A stretch of 62,063 nt of DNA, the filler included, from Circinaria calcarea (Eukaryota), in the NCBI GenBank assembly GCA_051942165.1. It is 14 parts of 14 records of this genome, joined end to end, with 100 filler letters (N's around TTAATTAATTAA, not from the genome) between each part and the next. Parts side by side here need not be neighbours in the genome. Positions count along the whole stretch, not along the records: positions 57,744 to 62,063 come from JAVECS010002372.1; 13 more parts are not named here. The stretch is one strand, 5' to 3'. Under the pieces are notes generated by a model. The model ran no database searches, had not been told where the DNA came from, and was given only the letters and a program-made list of their open reading frames with translations. The translations under genes and the position numbers were made by a program. How positions within the stretch are numbered: position 1 is the first letter of the stretch; each line of letters begins with the position of its first letter. This document shows positions 60,086 to 62,063 of the stretch, one piece after another.

Positions 60086-62063
60086 TTACCTAGTCCTGAA
60101 CCATTGTCTCAACGTGCTCAGCCGATATCTGCAAAACTCACTGATCTGAGGAGTTTCCCACCGAGCCCGTTGAATAGCGGCAGAAATGGCATCGACAAGC
60201 CAACTCCTTTCTTGTACTCCTATAGCATGCCACGAATCGATTCCCCGCTGGGGTCTGAAATGATTCTTCTCGATATGGGTAAACCTGTCGTTCTCGCCGT
60301 GAGGAGTCTGACTCATGTTTATAATTGTCCGACAAAAGCCGCACCAGAAAATGTTGTACTGAAGATCATAGGGGCAGTCGGATCCTGGGCACGGAATATG
60401 TATAATACGAACCGTATCGAGTGTCTTGTGGTCGGCGTAAAGGTGCTGATTCATAGCGGCTTGAGAGGTGAAAATTTGACCGCATGTAACTGTCGAGTTC
60501 AGAGTACTTGGTTTCTCGCATGCCCACAGATCCAGATCATGGTCATGCTCTGTCTCTTCGTGTGTCCTCCATGAGATGTGACTTGTAAATCTCTGAATAC
60601 AGCCGGTTCGAGTGCAAAAGTGAACTTCAGGCTGCTGTCATGAACGCATATTTAGTCCAGCCTTCATATGCTCAGCAATGTGAGAATATCTCTGATCCCA
60701 CATCATACCACGTACTTGACAAAATCCGTAGTCCCACAATTGCTCCGTTCCTGGGCCATGAATGGGCCTCTGCCACTTGGATATTGTGCCGCCGAGAAAG
60801 GCGTTTCTGGTAATGGCGGTATCATGCCATCTGGAAACATGTTGGATCAGGTGGTCTTTACGGTCATACTTGCGATCCTTAAAAGGCCTTTCTAAGCAAG
60901 AAGAAATCCCATGTTTGTGCGTCAAATGGAATTGATCAGGGTCAGAAACCATGCAGAATAAGCAGTAGGTTTTCCCTGATTCGGTGATATGTGCGCCTTC
61001 AGGCATACAGACCCATTCGGTCTGTGGTGCATGCTGCGACTCTTCATGCCGTCGCCAGTCGGACTTTTTGATAAACGCCACCCAGCACCACGTGCATTGG
61101 AATTTTTGGGTGGAAGTTGACTTATGGCGACTTCGGATGAATGTTCGCTGTCGTCGCTTTCCTTTGCGCCCTGACATGAAGCATGAGTGCAGCCGCTCAT
61201 GTCAGAGACTGCTGAGCTGGCATTGGATGAGCTGATATCTGAACACATACCGCCCACCGACCTACTCCGCTTACTCATTTCCCATTGAGGAGTAATGGAA
61301 GCTATTCGTTTGCGATCTGGATTTGTAGAAAGTTGTTCGGATTCTTGAATCTGGGAAAAGTTCAAACGCCAGTTTGCCGCAGACTTCTCATTCATAACCT
61401 TTGGGAGGGCATCATAGTTGTTGATATTCATGAAGGTATCTAGCTCAGGAACCGGTGATTGGTTACTTGTCTTTTTAGCGGACCTTGACGAACTCTGGAC
61501 CTTTATGATAGGTCCTTCTAGGTACTCGTCAAACCCCGATGATGATACTTGAGATGATGCTACTGGCGATAGCAAAGCATGTAGATTTTGACGGGGTTGT
61601 TGAAATACCGCTGGTTGAGTACCGAAACCCTCGAAAAACTCAGACTCACCACTACCGTGAGCACATTGTGTATTGCCTTCAGTCGTTGAAGAGAACTCCA
61701 TGGCTGGGTCATGGAAACTAGGTTGGTGAAGTGTCAACATAGAGGTGTACCGCAAGGGTACAGGGAGATGCTCAATCCACTCTTCTACACCGTATTCCTT
61801 AAACTGCGGATATGGAGTCATTGGAACCTTATAAACAGCCTGGTCCAGCAAGCCTTTCTCAGAGTGGTCAGTGTGAGCCAGAAAGTCGAGATCGATGGAG
61901 CCACTCCATTCCGGATTTTCACACTTGTCAAATTGTGCACCAACTCCAAGTCTCTCAATGGACGCATTCTCCGGACGTCTGTCGTCATTTCTTAATGGAG
62001 TTCTACCTCTACCTTCAGAGCTAGATGAGCTTCCGCTTCGTTGAGGCTGGTTGGCAATTGGCG
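60086..62063 (-). pseudogene. Multi-C2H2 zinc-finger transcription-factor-like gene with several lesions (5' partial)
   Basis: FQCTWC..F.KKSDWRRHEESQH, RKDHLIQH, R..HIAEH, second module WRTHEETEH...WAC...FWCGFC...RFTHI. Frameshifts near 61178 and 60592; TGA at 60638. Confidence 0.8.

Noticed and set aside
9640..60640. Alternative genetic code or systematic stop read-through explaining the many in-frame stops
   Set aside because: Core genes terminate normally with TAG (MRP7), TAA (RMT2) and TGA (SPC3), and most affected genes also carry frameshifts or missense damage at catalytic or ligand sites.

Overview
This is fungal nuclear DNA (Pezizomycotina-type genes with short GT-AG introns; a lichen-forming Lecanoromycete is plausible but not provable here). 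It is not a contiguous locus. It is 14 contigs of non-increasing length (4361, 4361, 4355, 4351, 4347, 4344, 4337, 4336, 4335, 4331, 4329, 4328, 4328, 4320 bp) joined by identical 100-bp linkers (44 N + TTAATTAATTAA + 44 N), so gene neighbourhoods are meaningful only within a contig. Recognisable core genes: MRP7/bL27m, RMT2, EHD3, YML6/uL4m, MRPL35/mL38, NOC3, a PARN/CAF1 nuclease, PDA1, XRN1, SPC3, NPY1, a WSC sensor, a JSN1/PUF2-like Pumilio protein, a JmjC protein and COQ2. Accessory content: a divergent, apparently C-terminally truncated saccharopine dehydrogenase, an intact KP4 killer-toxin-like gene, an orphan RGG/RS-His repeat protein in a minisatellite-flanked divergent pair, and several decayed genes with RIP-like transition lesions. 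The decayed genes include a SNF2-type helicase relic, a two-finger Zn gene and a tandem-RING gene on one contig, and a trypsin-like peptidase and a multi-C2H2 gene on another. No tRNA, rRNA, CRISPR array or recognisable transposase was found. All family calls come from motif recognition by eye, not database searches.
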